Shown in pieces: positions 35,618 to 52,306 of a stretch of 64,000 bases of DNA. Position numbers and translations under genes: made by a program. Source of the stretch: Hormiphora californensis. Its lineage: Eukaryota > Animalia > Ctenophora. Below the pieces are notes generated by a model. The model made no database searches, was not told the DNA's origin, and saw only the letters and a list, made by a program, of their open reading frames with translations. Numbering within the stretch: position 1 is the first letter of the stretch; each line of letters begins with the position of its first letter. The stretch lies in the NCBI GenBank assembly GCA_020137815.1, contig CM035353.1:1178001-1242000 (forward strand). Reading direction: 5' to 3'.

Positions 35618-38600
35618 ATGCTTTTGAAGCTGATTGTATTGTTTTGTGTTGCTTTGGTTGGGATAGTAAATGGAATAACAAGATGTATACAAGGTAGGTC
35701 CTGATCACCAATCCTAGGAACCTAGGATCCTAATTATTCTCATTCTCAATTCTTTGAATGAGACACTTACCAAGTAGTTGACAGTTGATATCTCTCTCCT
35801 GTAATGCCATCACACCTCCCCTATAACATTATTATCCAGAGGGTCCAGGGTCCAGGGTCTCTATCTCTCTCTCTCCTGTAATGCCATCACACCTCCCCTA
35901 TAACATTATTATCCAGAGGGTCCAGGGTCCAGGGTCTCTATCTCTCTCTCTCCTGTAATGCCATCACACCTCCCCTATAACATTATTATCCAGAGGGTCC
36001 AGGGTTCTGGTGTGAGAGCTGTGACAACGCCCAATCGTGTGCCCCCGAGGTTGAGGGACTCCTTGATTTTTGTAGAAGAGAGCTTAACCAGCTCATGGAC
36101 TGCGAGGTAATGGTAGTTTCTCGTCCAATCAGAGCACGTCATTACTGTCACGTGATATCTCTCGTCCAATCAGAGCACGTCATTACTGTCACGTGATATC
36201 TCTCGTCCAATCAGAGCACGTCATTACTGTCACGTGATATCTCTCGTCCAATCAGAGCACGTCATTACTGTCACGTGATATCTCTCGTCCAATCAGAGCA
36301 CGTCATTACTGTCACGTGATATCTCTCGTCCAATCAGAGCACGTCATTACTGTCACGTGATATCTCTCGTCCAATCAGAGCACGTCATTACTGTCACGTG
36401 ATATCTCTCGTCCAATCACAGCACGTCATTACTGTCACGTGATATCTCTCGTCCAATCACAGCACGTCATTACTGTCACGTGATATCTCTCGTCCAATCA
36501 CAGCACGTCATTACTGTCACGTGATATCTCTCGTCCAATCAGAGCACGTCATTACTGTCACGTGATATCTCTCGTCCAATCACAGCACGTCATTACTGTC
36601 ACGTGATATCTCTCGTCCAATCAGAGCACGTCATTACTGTCACGTGATATCTCTCGTCCAATCACAGCACGTCATTACTGTCACGTGATATCTCTCGTCC
36701 AATCACAGCACGTCATTACTGTCACGTGATATCTCTCGTCCAATCACAGCACGTCATTACTGTCACGTGATATCTCTCGTCCAATCAGAGCACGTCATTA
36801 CTGTCACGTGATATCTCTCGTCCAATCAGAGCACGTCATTACTGTCACGTGATATCTCTCGTCCAATCACAGCACGTCATTACTGTCACGTGATATCTCT
36901 CGTCCAATCAGAGCACGTCATTACTGTCACGTGATATCTCTCGTCCAATCAGAGCACGTCATTACTGTCACGTGATATCTCTCTTCCAATCACAGCACTT
37001 CATTACTGTCACGTGATATCTCTCGTCCAATCACAGCACGTCATTACTGTCACGTGATATCTCTCGTCCAATCACAGCACGTCATTACTGTCACGTGATA
37101 TCTCTCGTCCAATCAGAGCACGTCATTACTGTCACGTGATATCTCTCTTCCAATCAGAGCACATCATTACTGTCACGTGATATCTCTCGTCCAATCAGAG
37201 CACGTCATTACTGTCACGTGATATCTCTCGTCCAATCAGAGCACGTCATTACTGTCACGTGATATCTCTCGTCCAATCACAGCACGTCATTACTGTCACG
37301 TGATATCTCTCTTCCAATCACAGCACGTTATTTCAGATTCCAGTGAATTACATGGGATACGCTGCTACAGCCAGCCCACTGAGAGAGGCCCGAAATGACC
37401 CAATAACAGATAAACGAGGAGGAGGGTTTGTTACTGAACCGTTCTTTCCTGGTGGTGAACCTTGGATGATGGACCAAGGTTTGTTTGTTTGTTTGATTGT
37501 CATAATAAATCAACCGGTTTGATTGTTTGTTTGTAATAATGGATTGACTAACGGGTAACAATTAGGGTTTGTTAAGTTGTTTTTTCGTTTCTTTTCCAGT
37601 GGTGGCCAATGCGTTCCGGTTCGTTTGTTTGATTGTTTGTTTAGAACGTCATATAATGAATCGCTCATCTTTACAGACCAGTTTGGAGGAGGGAATAATG
37701 ATAATGCCCACCATATTTCCTACGAAGATTACTACGTTAGCCTCCCCGATGGAATTGACCCAGCTCTCCTAAAAGGTAATAGTCGTCATGACAACTTCTA
37801 AAAGGTAATAATCTTCCAAGCGAAACATCAGTCTATCACTGTTGATATTTGTCGCGATATGATTAGTATCTGGAACTATGGTATCTAGGTGGTGGGGGGG
37901 GGGGGGGCTTTTTATGCCCCACACGGTATAAATCATTGTTTATTTTCCAATGCATTTTACCGATATATCCTGCCTTGTTTCATTTCACGGTTCACCGATA
38001 TATCCTGCTTATAGACGTTGAGTACAACACGGCACTACAGTGGGGATATACCGGGGAGGGGTTCGCTACAACGCAACCCCAGGTTGTAGTTACAGAGGGT
38101 GTTGGTGGTCAGGACTATCCAGCAACCTCCGAACCTCTTTACACCTCCAATATCCTCCAGGTAAATGAGAGAACTGATGTTATCAGAATTTCTGATTCAA
38201 ATAAGAGATCTATTGATCTCATCAGAACCTGAAATGTAATATCTCTAACTACCCCCTGACAGGGCGAAGAGATTGATCCCCCGACCATTACTCGACCTCT
38301 CTACAACATATCAGCATTTGTGGGGCAAGCAACAGTGCTCTCGTGTGTGGCAGAGAGTGAAACTGAACTCGGAGTCAGTATTGGTAAGAACCAGGAACCA
38401 ATCAGAACTCGTTATTTAGGTCACGTGACTGGTTATTAGCCAATCAGGAGTCAGTATTGGTAAGAATCAATATGTCGTGATTACTGTCAGTATTAGTAAG
38501 AATCAGATTAATATGTCGTGATTACTGTTAGTATAATTGGTAAGAATCAATATGAGATTATACAAGTTAACCCTTTGGGACAAATTGAACAAACAACGCC

Positions 38601-41600
38601 ACTACCATGGTTCCGAAGGGTTTATGCTTGATGAGTCAGAGCTAATTTTTTTAATAATAATAAATAAATAAATAAACACAATAATGCCACCCGAACACAA
38701 GAGCTAAAAGTTCATCCATCCGGGACACACATGTCACATGCACACACGTTTAGTCTCGTGGTGGACTCTAATTAGCAGGAACCGACCGAATCAGGAAATA
38801 CTGGTCCCTGATTGGCTGATAACCAGTCACGTGACCTAAATAACAAGTTCTGATTGGTTGTTTACTTGTGTCGGTCGGTTCCTGCTAATTAGGGCGTATG
38901 ACAAACTCATTATAATAACTGTGTTATATGTATCTTTCTACAGTGAAACTGGACCGAGAACCCAGAAAGTCGTGGAGGGTAAAGGACAGACAGGAGAGAC
39001 AGAGAAACAGGCCGATAAAACTGCTATCACTGCTTTCCTTACCAACGATCATCTTGATGAGGTAGGTGACATTGGAGGCTGAATCTGAGGTTCAGTCACG
39101 ACTGTTTTCCCATATAGTTTTATTTCAATTGGCTGAAAGGTATGGAGAGCTCGTCCATAATTTACAGGAAAACCATTGTCAATTATTTTAACGATCTTTC
39201 CTTATCATTAGATTGATGGTGGATGGTACGTGTGTATTGCAGTGAATGGAGGAGGAAGAATCCGTAGTCTCATGCACCTAGATATTACGACCTATGTGAA
39301 GGGGTGAGTGTACTTTATTGGGTGATTTCATCTCTTTCCGAGTGTTTGTTGACCAAGACGATGGTATATTTCTCTTGGGTTTTATTGAAAGCATGATCTG
39401 TATTCTAACCCCTCCTTCCTGCCTCTATATACAGATTGAGTGTGAAGGGCATCTGGCGTGTATTCCAAACTATGTAACAAACGACCAGCTGTAGGTGCCC
39501 TGACTGTGACGATACGTTGGGTGAGTATTATAATTATGTGTGTTTGTACAGTTGGAACCCACTGAAATTCCATTATGATTTCATTCCAGAAATTGTGTGT
39601 GGGAGCAACTGTAAGACCTACCAGAACGACTGTTGGCTGGATCGAGATAACTGCGTTGAAAAGACTAACATAGAGATGATGATCCATGCACCATGCCCTA
39701 GGGTTATACCTGTAAGTTTTCAAACGGACTTATAGCCACCATTTTAAGTTCTTAAATCCCTTGACCTCCGATTAATCCCCAATCCCTCCGATTAAATATC
39801 TTGATACCCGCGATTAAATTCAAATTCCTCCGAGTAAATCCCCAATTCCTCTCTATATTTCAGCCATTTTCACGGTTGAGCCGAGTGATATCGAAGCTGA
39901 AGAAGGACATCACGTGATATTGGAATGTCACGTGGTATCATTCCCTGTTGCTACCGTAAGTTCCTTTCTAGTAGTTATTGTTAGTGGTTTGACGGTATGG
40001 CATTTTGATTATATCATATTTTTCAAAATGAACAAACAAATATTATAATTCCTACTCCCTACTCCCTATTCCCTACTCCCTACTCCCTACTCCCTACTCC
40101 CTATTTCCAGGTGAATTGGTATAGGATAAACAAGATTACAGGGTCACCAGACCACATTGGGGAGGGGAACCAATACAGAGTTGACGAATGATTACACTGT
40201 CTCCGGAGATTACTATTGTACTGCCAGTATCTGCGAGGGAGGTAGGTAGCAGGAACCGACTGTAACAACTCGTTATTTAGGTCACGTGACTGGTTATCAG
40301 CCAATCAGGGACCAGTATTCCTGATTCGGTCGGTTCCTAGTAGATAGTTATTTTCCAACCAAAATATACCCTGATCTGTAATAAAAGAGCTCGTGAAATC
40401 TTTCTATTCTATTCTGGATTAGATGAATATTACTGAAATTAGTGTCTGAAATGATATCACAGGTGATGTAGTTCCCCCATTCTTCCAGGTCACCAGATAA
40501 AGTCCCGTGTGGCAAGGGTGGAAACGAATGAACACAATCTCTCGACAAAGAGGGATGAGATAAACTACAGGGTGTGCAGAGTGTTTGGGGATCCGCATAT
40601 CACTACATTTGATAAGATGAACTATGACTTCCCAGGTATGATTTTATAATCTCATGTCACTACTTCCTCTCTGAATGATCGCATAGTTTAACAATTTGTT
40701 AGCAGCATGGAAGTAAGAAGTTGTTGCATTAAACAGTTACACACTGGAATCTGCCATCAGGCCTGGAATCTGCCATCAGGCCTGATGGTCGATTCCAGGC
40801 GTATCAGGATCCATTTTTGTAACTGGGCCCTTATAATTGGTTTTCAATATTTCAACTTTCAGGGGAGTGTTCCTACATTTTGAATGGATTGCGACCTGGC
40901 AAGTTGGTCGGTGTATGGACGATTCGCTAACTGCTCCGGAGAGGGAAATAGAGGTAACAAAATATGCAGCTTGACTAATTTGGATTACTGAATAAGCTTC
41001 CAATATATTAGAACAAATTGCATGACCTATCCCTTCTGTATAATTATTCGTAGTATAACTAGGTTTATTTATCTTGTCGATCAGAGCTCTGCATTTTAAT
41101 AAATCGATATCCCTCATGAAGGAAACTTCATTATTCCTTGGTTGACTTTGAATAAAACAAACTAACACCCGCATAACAACGAAGTGATCGCCTCATAATT
41201 TCTCTTACCCCCTCCGCCCCACCGCCCCAACCGCCCCCACCGCCTCCACCAAGCCCCTCCCCCCCCCGTTCCGGCCACTAAAAAACACTTTATTTCCTGT
41301 CTAGGTTCCTGTTTAGAGTCAGTGACAGTGATAGCTGGTTCCACCGCCATAGAACTTCAGAGGGGCTGGGCAATAAACCATCAAGGTGTCAAGATTGATT
41401 TCTTTGAAACGCAGCAGCACGAGGTAATATGACGTGCTTCACCTGTTACAAAGCCTGACAGTGCCGCACTAAAGTTTCAAATTGTATCAATCTGGAAATA
41501 ACGGGGATCAGATATAACTTGCCCCTCACTTCTTAATTAATTGATTAATATTCCCTGCAGGTGCCTTTCTTCCACTTTGATCTGGATGAGAACCTAAACC

Positions 41601-43444
41601 TTCATGTGACATTGGAGAATGGAGTTGTAGTCATCTGGGATGGTCTATACAGTGTTCAGGTAAATCAATCAAAAAAAGTTAAAACTGGAAATTTATAAAA
41701 ACATAAAGAGCTGATAATAGGGATATCATTTTGGGTGAGTGCTGGGGTTCTTGGTCCAGGTGAGTAAAGCTCGTGATGTGCTGCATTACAATATTACATG
41801 TGTTACATTCCCTCTCCCTCAGATAAAACTACCGGAAGGTGACACGACCAACTACTGTGGGCTCTGTGGAAATGGTGATGGGAAGAGTGAAGATGATATG
41901 ATGTCTTCCAACGTGTATTTTAGAGGAAACCCAGGATTTATAGATGATAACAGTTTGGGAGCTTATGCTAACAGCTGGGCAATTGATCCGTGAGTTTTTG
42001 TCATATCTAGATCCTGTGGGTGGTGGTTTATAGACTGAGGTTGGGGTGGATAGATCTCACCCACTATATTGTACCCATGTATGTGCATTATAGTCTGATT
42101 TTAAATAACTGTCGTTTTTTAGAGTTTTCAAATTTCTTTAAATGACCAAAAGTCCGGTTCCTGATGAGATAGAGACTTGAAATTGGAGGTACCGAAGATC
42201 TTGCTAAGTTCTTCTGAACCTCCAAATTTCAAGTCTCTATCTTATCAGGAATCTGAGATATGACACATTTTGTTATTTCAGGGGTGCGACAGTTTCAAAA
42301 AATCCGTGGATTGTATAATGTCGCGACATTATACAGTAAACTGCAAATCTCTAACACTGTACTCATCTCTCTCAGGTATGGTCAATGTCCCGAATGGCAG
42401 TCTCTGTCAGTGGAGAGCTCGAGGTGTAGTGAGACGGAAAGAGAGGAAAGGAGGGAGAGATGTGGTAATATGTTCTCCATCCAGCAATTGCACCGTGCCA
42501 CGGTTCAAAAGAGGTAAGTACCACGTGCAAATTACACACGTGCATTACCGCGGTATTCAAAAGAGGAACCAACTACAAAACAATCATAAACCATATGGGT
42601 CTTCTTTTAGTTTCCATTTGATATCAAAATTACACACACATCAAAACATCGAATTATCAAAAACCCACAAATTATCTACCCCCTCTCCCCCGCAGGTGGA
42701 CGTGTCATGGTATATAGAGGCTTGCGTTACAGATAGTTGTGTAATGGCACAGTGGAAGGGAAGGCATGATCCTGCATGTGGAGTTTTGTCTGCCTACACT
42801 GCAGCGTGCCGGGCCGTGGACGTTTACATCTTAGGTATAATACTCTTTATAGCATCCAAATTTATTGGGTGTTGGGTGTGTTTTTGGTGGAGGAAGTTTT
42901 AGGCTTGCAAAATTAAGTTGTAGTCCATGTGAATCGACTTAAAATTATAATCAGGTTGTAATAATACTGCAAGGGAACCTTCTGTTTGACGTAACACAAA
43001 ACCTAAAATATCACCTTATAAAGAAACTTTATCCTAGTTCGGCATTATGTCATTTGTATTTTAAGTAAATTTATTAAAGCTTTAATAAACTTACTTAAAA
43101 TACATATGACATAATGCAGAATTGAACTTGGACAAAGTTTCCCACGCGATAAGACGTGTATTAGATCACGCCTTATTTAAAAAGACCTAAACTTTCTAGC
43201 CTAATTAATAAATTAACAGTCATACTCATAGTCATGATTTTATCCCTTAAGTCATCCCTTAGGTCATACAACCAATAGTCAATACAACCAATAGTCAATA
43301 CTACCAATAGTCAATACAACTCACCTTCACTTTCCATTTTCAGACGCACACTGGCGGAGTGACGTTGGATGCCCCAACATGAAGGAACACCAGGACTTTG
43401 TAATCACCACAGGGTGCCCCAAAACAACAAACCTCCTTGGATAA
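35618..43444 (+). CDS. Secreted mosaic protein: signal peptide - saposin A-type - Ig - follistatin/Kazal - Ig - VWD - C8
   Basis: Exons 35618-35693, 35994-36106, 37337-37478, 37677-37775, 38015-38160, 38263-38373, 38567-38634, 38944-39061, 39212-39303, 39436-39520, 39590-39711, 39864-39955, 40111-40241, 40463-40634, 40863-40952, 41305-41423, 41561-41659, 41823-41989, 42376-42512, 42696-42834, 43344-43444. Motifs GPGFWC..C..A..C, DGGWYVC, VCGSNCKTYQNDC, SGDYYC, CRVFGDPHITTFD, CGLCGN, YIEACVTDSC. About 7 small frameshifts must be assumed. Confidence 0.85.
36119..37327. repeat. 41-bp intronic minisatellite (CCAAT + CACGTG)
   Basis: About 29 copies of TCGTCCAATCAGAGCACGTCATTACTGTCACGTGATATCTC filling intron 2. 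Confidence 0.95.
38776..38884. mobile_element. 109-bp hAT-type MITE
   Basis: TIR CAGGAACCGACCGA; 8-bp TSD CTAATTAG. Relatives at ~26127-26245, 38392-38450, 40250-40338 and 59911-59985. Confidence 0.85.
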
Positions 43445-44068
43445 CAATGTATATAATATGTTAATGTATATTGTACATAATGTATATATAATGTATAAAA
43501 TTAGAGAGCTAAATTACAGAGATCGATATTACTTTAAACAAAGATCTGTCAGGATTGACCTGCAGTACTGATTGTCTCGCGCAGACGTATATTACAACTA
43601 CAGTTAACTGTGGACAAGGTGAAGGGAAGTAATTTTGATATCTCCTTCTGTACAACAAGGTGTTTGGAATATTTGCAGGAGTCAAAAGAGTTGTGAAACT
43701 ATATCAAATGAATGGAGACACATTTGACTAGCTATATTTTGCCATCCCCCATAGGAATTTCGCGCGGAGGAACCTGCATTCTCCAGCCTTTTCGGCACGC
43801 GAATGAAGGTGATTATCCAAGAAAAAACTAGCTAAATTCTTGGAGAAAACAGGCATTCACGCAGCAGACCGCGCGCGCGATTGATGTTATAGTGAGTGCT
43901 AACGGTGTTTTCTCGATTCAGCAGGGTATTTGGGAGTCAATGCGCGCTACTGACATACACCATTTGTCGAGTCAGATCAGTGCAGCAGTGCAGCTGATTC
44001 AGTTGTTTCTCGAAATAACCTGGCTCACTTAAAATGATCGTTCTGAGGAATACATTCATTTTCACAAC

Positions 44069-44290
44069 TATAGTCGGATTTTAAATAACTGTTGTTTTTT
44101 AGAGTTTTCAAATTTCTTAAAATGACCATAACTCCGGTTCCTGATGAGAAAATTTAAGGACTTGGAATTTGGAGGTTACGAAGATCATGCTAAGTTTTTC
44201 GTAACCTCCAAAATTCAATTCTCTGTCTTAATCTCATCAGGAACCGGAGATTAATTTTGAGAAACGTCATTTATTTAAAATCCGACTATA
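44069..44290. mobile_element. MITE with TATAGTCGGATTTTAAATAA termini
   Basis: Self-inverted ends; relatives at ~42088-42290 and 55175-55371. Confidence 0.75.
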
Positions 44291-44589
44291 ACAACGTCAA
44301 GAAATAATAACGCATTTATATTGTTGTTCATAATAAATCTAGTAAAATCCACAAATAATAAAAAAGTAAAATCTCCCTGTCTCTTTCAATTTCATCTCCA
44401 TACTTGAAGCAATTAAATGATTTATCGGACTATAAAATTCTTGCAGCTATAATATATAATAGCTGAATAAATAAAAAGAAAAAAAAACCCCAAAAAAAAA
44501 AAAAACCCCCCCCCCCCCCTTTTTCTCTAAATTACTTTTTGTGGGATTTTTTTCCACTTTATGAAACCTTTTTTGGGGAGGGACCCCTC

Positions 44590-45888
44590 ACGTCCGGGGC
44601 GTCAATTTTAAACCGTTTTTCCCGGGCACCCCCACTAAAGTGTCAATGTAGTCCTTATCCAGGACACCTTCTTGCCCCTCAGCCTCCAGCCTCGCACGAT
44701 CACGTTTAGGGATATACTTCGGATCTGTATATATCGTCTTTGTCGCCTGTTCTTCTTGACTAAATCGATTATTTAGCCCCTCCCTGGAAAACAAGTCGCA
44801 TGTTTAGTTAACAAAATTGTTATTGCCAGGCTTGTTAAAATACAGTACACAGTCGGACCCCGATTTAACAAATAACAGCACCCTCGGGGTAACGAGTTTT
44901 GTCGTAAAAAGTGGGTCCGCTAAATAGGGGGAGAAAACCGGGGGGGGTAGAATCGGGGGGCCCACGTACTAGCATTTAATTTCAGGGAATGCCCCCCAAA
45001 AGGGGGTGAGGGTGGGGGAAGCCCCCCCCCCTCTCTCCCTCTCTCTCCCCCCCCCCCCCCCCTTTTTTTTTTTTTCCCCCCTTTTTTTTTTTTTTCCTCC
45101 TGCTCTTCCCTTTTCTCCTCTCCCCATTCCCCCTTCTTCTTATTTTCCCCTCTTTCCTTCCTTTTCCCCACCCCTCTCTTTTCTCTCTCTCTCTCTCTCG
45201 CTCTGTCTCTCCCTTTTTGTTTAAAATGTATCTTCTTACTTCAAAAATTCCGCCTTGGTGGCGGTGGTCTTGGACAAACCGCTCCCCCGGGCCCCATGGG
45301 TCTGGGGTCCTTTCCCAAACGTCCTCGGGAACCCCCCGAAAAAACCTTTATTCCCTATCCCTGGTCCTCTCCATCATTTCCCTCATAGCTGAAAAAGCAA
45401 ATTATTAGTAACTAACTTTGTATTAGTGTTACTGCTAAGGGGAAATTTTAAAAATGGGGGAAAATGTAAACCTCTAGTTTTTTCAAAGATCTGCAAAAAA
45501 TAGGGCGGCCCCCCAGCGTTTAGTTGCAGGTTTAAAGGGGGGACAAAATGCACATTAATGGGGGTTTCACACTGAAGGGTCGGCCCGTTTCATTATAGGC
45601 CAAAGAACAGCGTAAAAAATTTTATTATTTGCCCCCGAATTTTAGCCAAAAAATTGGGGGGGATTTGGGAAATTTAAAACTGGGATGGAAAATGGAAATT
45701 AAATATTCCATCATATCATTCCATCATATCAGATATGAACTGTGTGAGAGAGAGAGAAAAGAAGGGGGAGAGGAGAGAAAAAGAGAGAAGGGGAAGAGAT
45801 AGAAAAGAGAGAAGGGGAAAAGAGAAGGGGAGAAAGAGAGAGGGGGAGGGGAGAAAAAAGGGGAAAGGGGGAGAGAGAGAGGGGGAAG

Positions 45889-45927
<39 letters not shown>

Positions 45928-46689
45928 AAGGGAGAGAGGGGAGAGAGGAGAGGGAGAAGAAAGGGGAGAGGGGGAGAGAGAGAGAGAGGGGAGTGGGGTA
46001 ACCGTATACTACCCCAAAACCCAAAACCAAAAAAACAGACAGAGGGAAAAAGAGAGCGAGGAAAAAGGGGAGAGAGAGGGGAGGGGGAGAAGGGGAGGGT
46101 GAGAGAGAAAAAAAAGAGAAAAAGAGAGGAGATTTGAGAAGAATAGAGAGGGAGGGGGGGGGTTGGGACGGGGGAAAAGGATTAAAACTTGTTGACAAGT
46201 GTGTGTGGAAAAGGGAAATTCGAACATAATTTCCAGATGTTTGTGCGCTCGTGTGTCACTTTTCCATGGAACCGGGCTGTGCTAATATTCATGACAAATA
46301 CTTTGCAAGGCACCTTGCGGGAATCGGTGATGCAACTGGGTCAGGGGGGTCAAGGACGCACGATTAAATGTGAATATTGTATGCACAAAAAATAGTGACC
46401 CCACCCATGATGTAATTCAACTTACCCTTCACCTCCTTTTTTAGTCAAAAAATTTGTTGCCCCCGTTGCTTACCTTCGCGATAGCGGGAAAGAACGTTTT
46501 GTTCCTAAAAAGCGTTTTTCCTGTTTTCACAATTCGCCAGACTCGCAGTAAGTCTTGGGTTACTGTCTAAAAGATAAAAGGGGTTAGACAGAGAAAAAAG
46601 GGGCAGGTAAAAATTTTTGGGCCATGGAGTATTGGAGGGAAAAGACACAGGTTGGCCTCCAAAATGGTGGTCGTGACGTCTTCTCTCTC

Positions 46690-46786
<97 letters not shown>

Positions 46787-47690
46787 ATAATTTTCAATTC
46801 CTATTATGGATTTGTACTGCAATTAATTGTAAATTAAAGAGAAATTAAGGAATGAGGCATTCAAGTACCTGTGAAATATCAATATTTGGGCATGGCGACA
46901 AATTGGATGGTGTTGTTGGCCATTGTGGCCCTCCCGATGAGCCAGCTGTTCCAGTGCCCATACCATATCCAGATATACGGGAGGGGGTCACGGCTCCAAT
47001 GGTTAAAACAGCACTACCTCCAGCTGCTTTTTTACCTGTTCCGGTACCGGTACCGTTACCAGTTAAACTAGTTTCAGAACTATTAGTAACACCATTGGCC
47101 TCGTTTTGTAGCTGCTTGCATATCCTGCAGTGGGGTAAAATCTTATTATCAATCAGTTTATAAAAACTACCGCAAAAAAACATGTACCTATATGAATATC
47201 AAGAAATCTACCTAAGTTGGGCGAGGAATTTTCAGCGAGCATTGCTTACTGAGGACGGTTCGGGATGGCGTAACATAGTCTATCACGATATCTGTGTGTA
47301 TTTGTGTTTTCTAAAGAAATTATTAAATTATACTAACAACCCACCTTTTAAAGTATGTCTCGTTATATACTCCCTTGACGAAATCTACTCCCTGTAGCTT
47401 AACTAGGAGGTTATCCCCGAAACTATTACGTTCTGCAGCTACAAAAATGTTTGTTATGTTCTAACCCTCCTTTACATTTGTAACACAGTCTAGCTTATAG
47501 GCAACAAAAATGTATTTTAGTTGACTATTTTATATCTCCTGTCGAAACGATCTGAATTCTGAATTATAGGATTTGCTACTAATTGGCGCTTCAACTTACT
47601 TGAAATGAAGCCAACCACAACCGCCTTCCTTTTACCGTTCCTCAACTCCACTTCTTGACCGATATCCCACTAGTTGGAGGTTCATGATTC

Positions 47691-47744
<54 letters not shown>

Positions 47745-47884
47745 TTTATATAGTATCGCTCGAGCAATTGTACTATTGTACTAACCTTATCTTTTTTCAC
47801 CGCCTGGAAGGCGAAATCTCCCACCATGATATCATATCCTTTGGTCCACTGGACCACAGCAATCTTATTGACATTAGTCGACAT
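44590..47884 (-). CDS. Putative transposon accessory gene, possibly BEN-domain-like at the C-terminus (partly corrupted)
   Basis: Spliced start MSTNVNKIAVVQWTKG...KKDK|WDIGQEVELRNGKRKAVVVGFIS. Gly/Thr-rich exon ~47126-46868. Downstream RFSQEEQATKTI...VLDKDYIDTLV at 44600-44786. Linkage across the degraded 44.9-46.6 kb stretch is inferred. Confidence 0.4.
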
Positions 47885-47928
47885 GTTGCTAACTAATATG
47901 TTGCTAATTAATTAATATTTGGAATTAT

Positions 47929-47964
<36 letters not shown>

Positions 47965-48025
47965 TAACTAACAATAATTCCAAATATTAATTAATTAGGA
48001 ACATATTAGTTAGCAACATGTTAGT

Positions 48026-48169
<144 letters not shown>

Positions 48170-48380
48170 ACTGGGGAAGGTGTAATATATTGTAATAAAT
48201 GGGAGGTTGCTGAAGGTACGGGGGAACTGAGTAAAACACTAATACGCAACACGTCATGTAAAAACCAGATATAAAATGTAGAAAAAAACTCTCTCAATTT
48301 CTCTCCCTCTTTATCTCTTTTAAAGACTGTTTTATTTTATTGTTCAACTTTATATTTCTCCAACCAAAACAAACCAAATC

Positions 48381-51977
<3,597 letters not shown>

Positions 51978-52306
51978 AATTCTTAGCTAAGTGATAGTGG
52001 CTGGATGTTAATTGCATGTAAATTTAAAATATGTGACTGTTAGAATTTCTTACTCACTTGAGTGTGTAAGAAATTCTAACAGTCTATAAGAATCTTAGAA
52101 TATTGAAGTTTCACAGGACTTGTTCATGTTTCACCAACAGTGCTAAATTGGTATCCCGGGAGCCGGATAAAAAAGAGAAACAAGTTTATTATACAAATTT
52201 GCATTTCAGTTAAAATCAAGGTAAGTATATTACTTAATAAAATAAGTTTAGGTGATAAGCTTTCGTAGAGGAGCCATCCGATCTTCAGGGTTGAGCTCAA
52301 AGAAGT

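Noticed and set aside
34857-37327. CRISPR-like arrays
   Set aside because: Head-to-tail repeats with no unique spacers, in a eukaryotic intron context with no cas genes.
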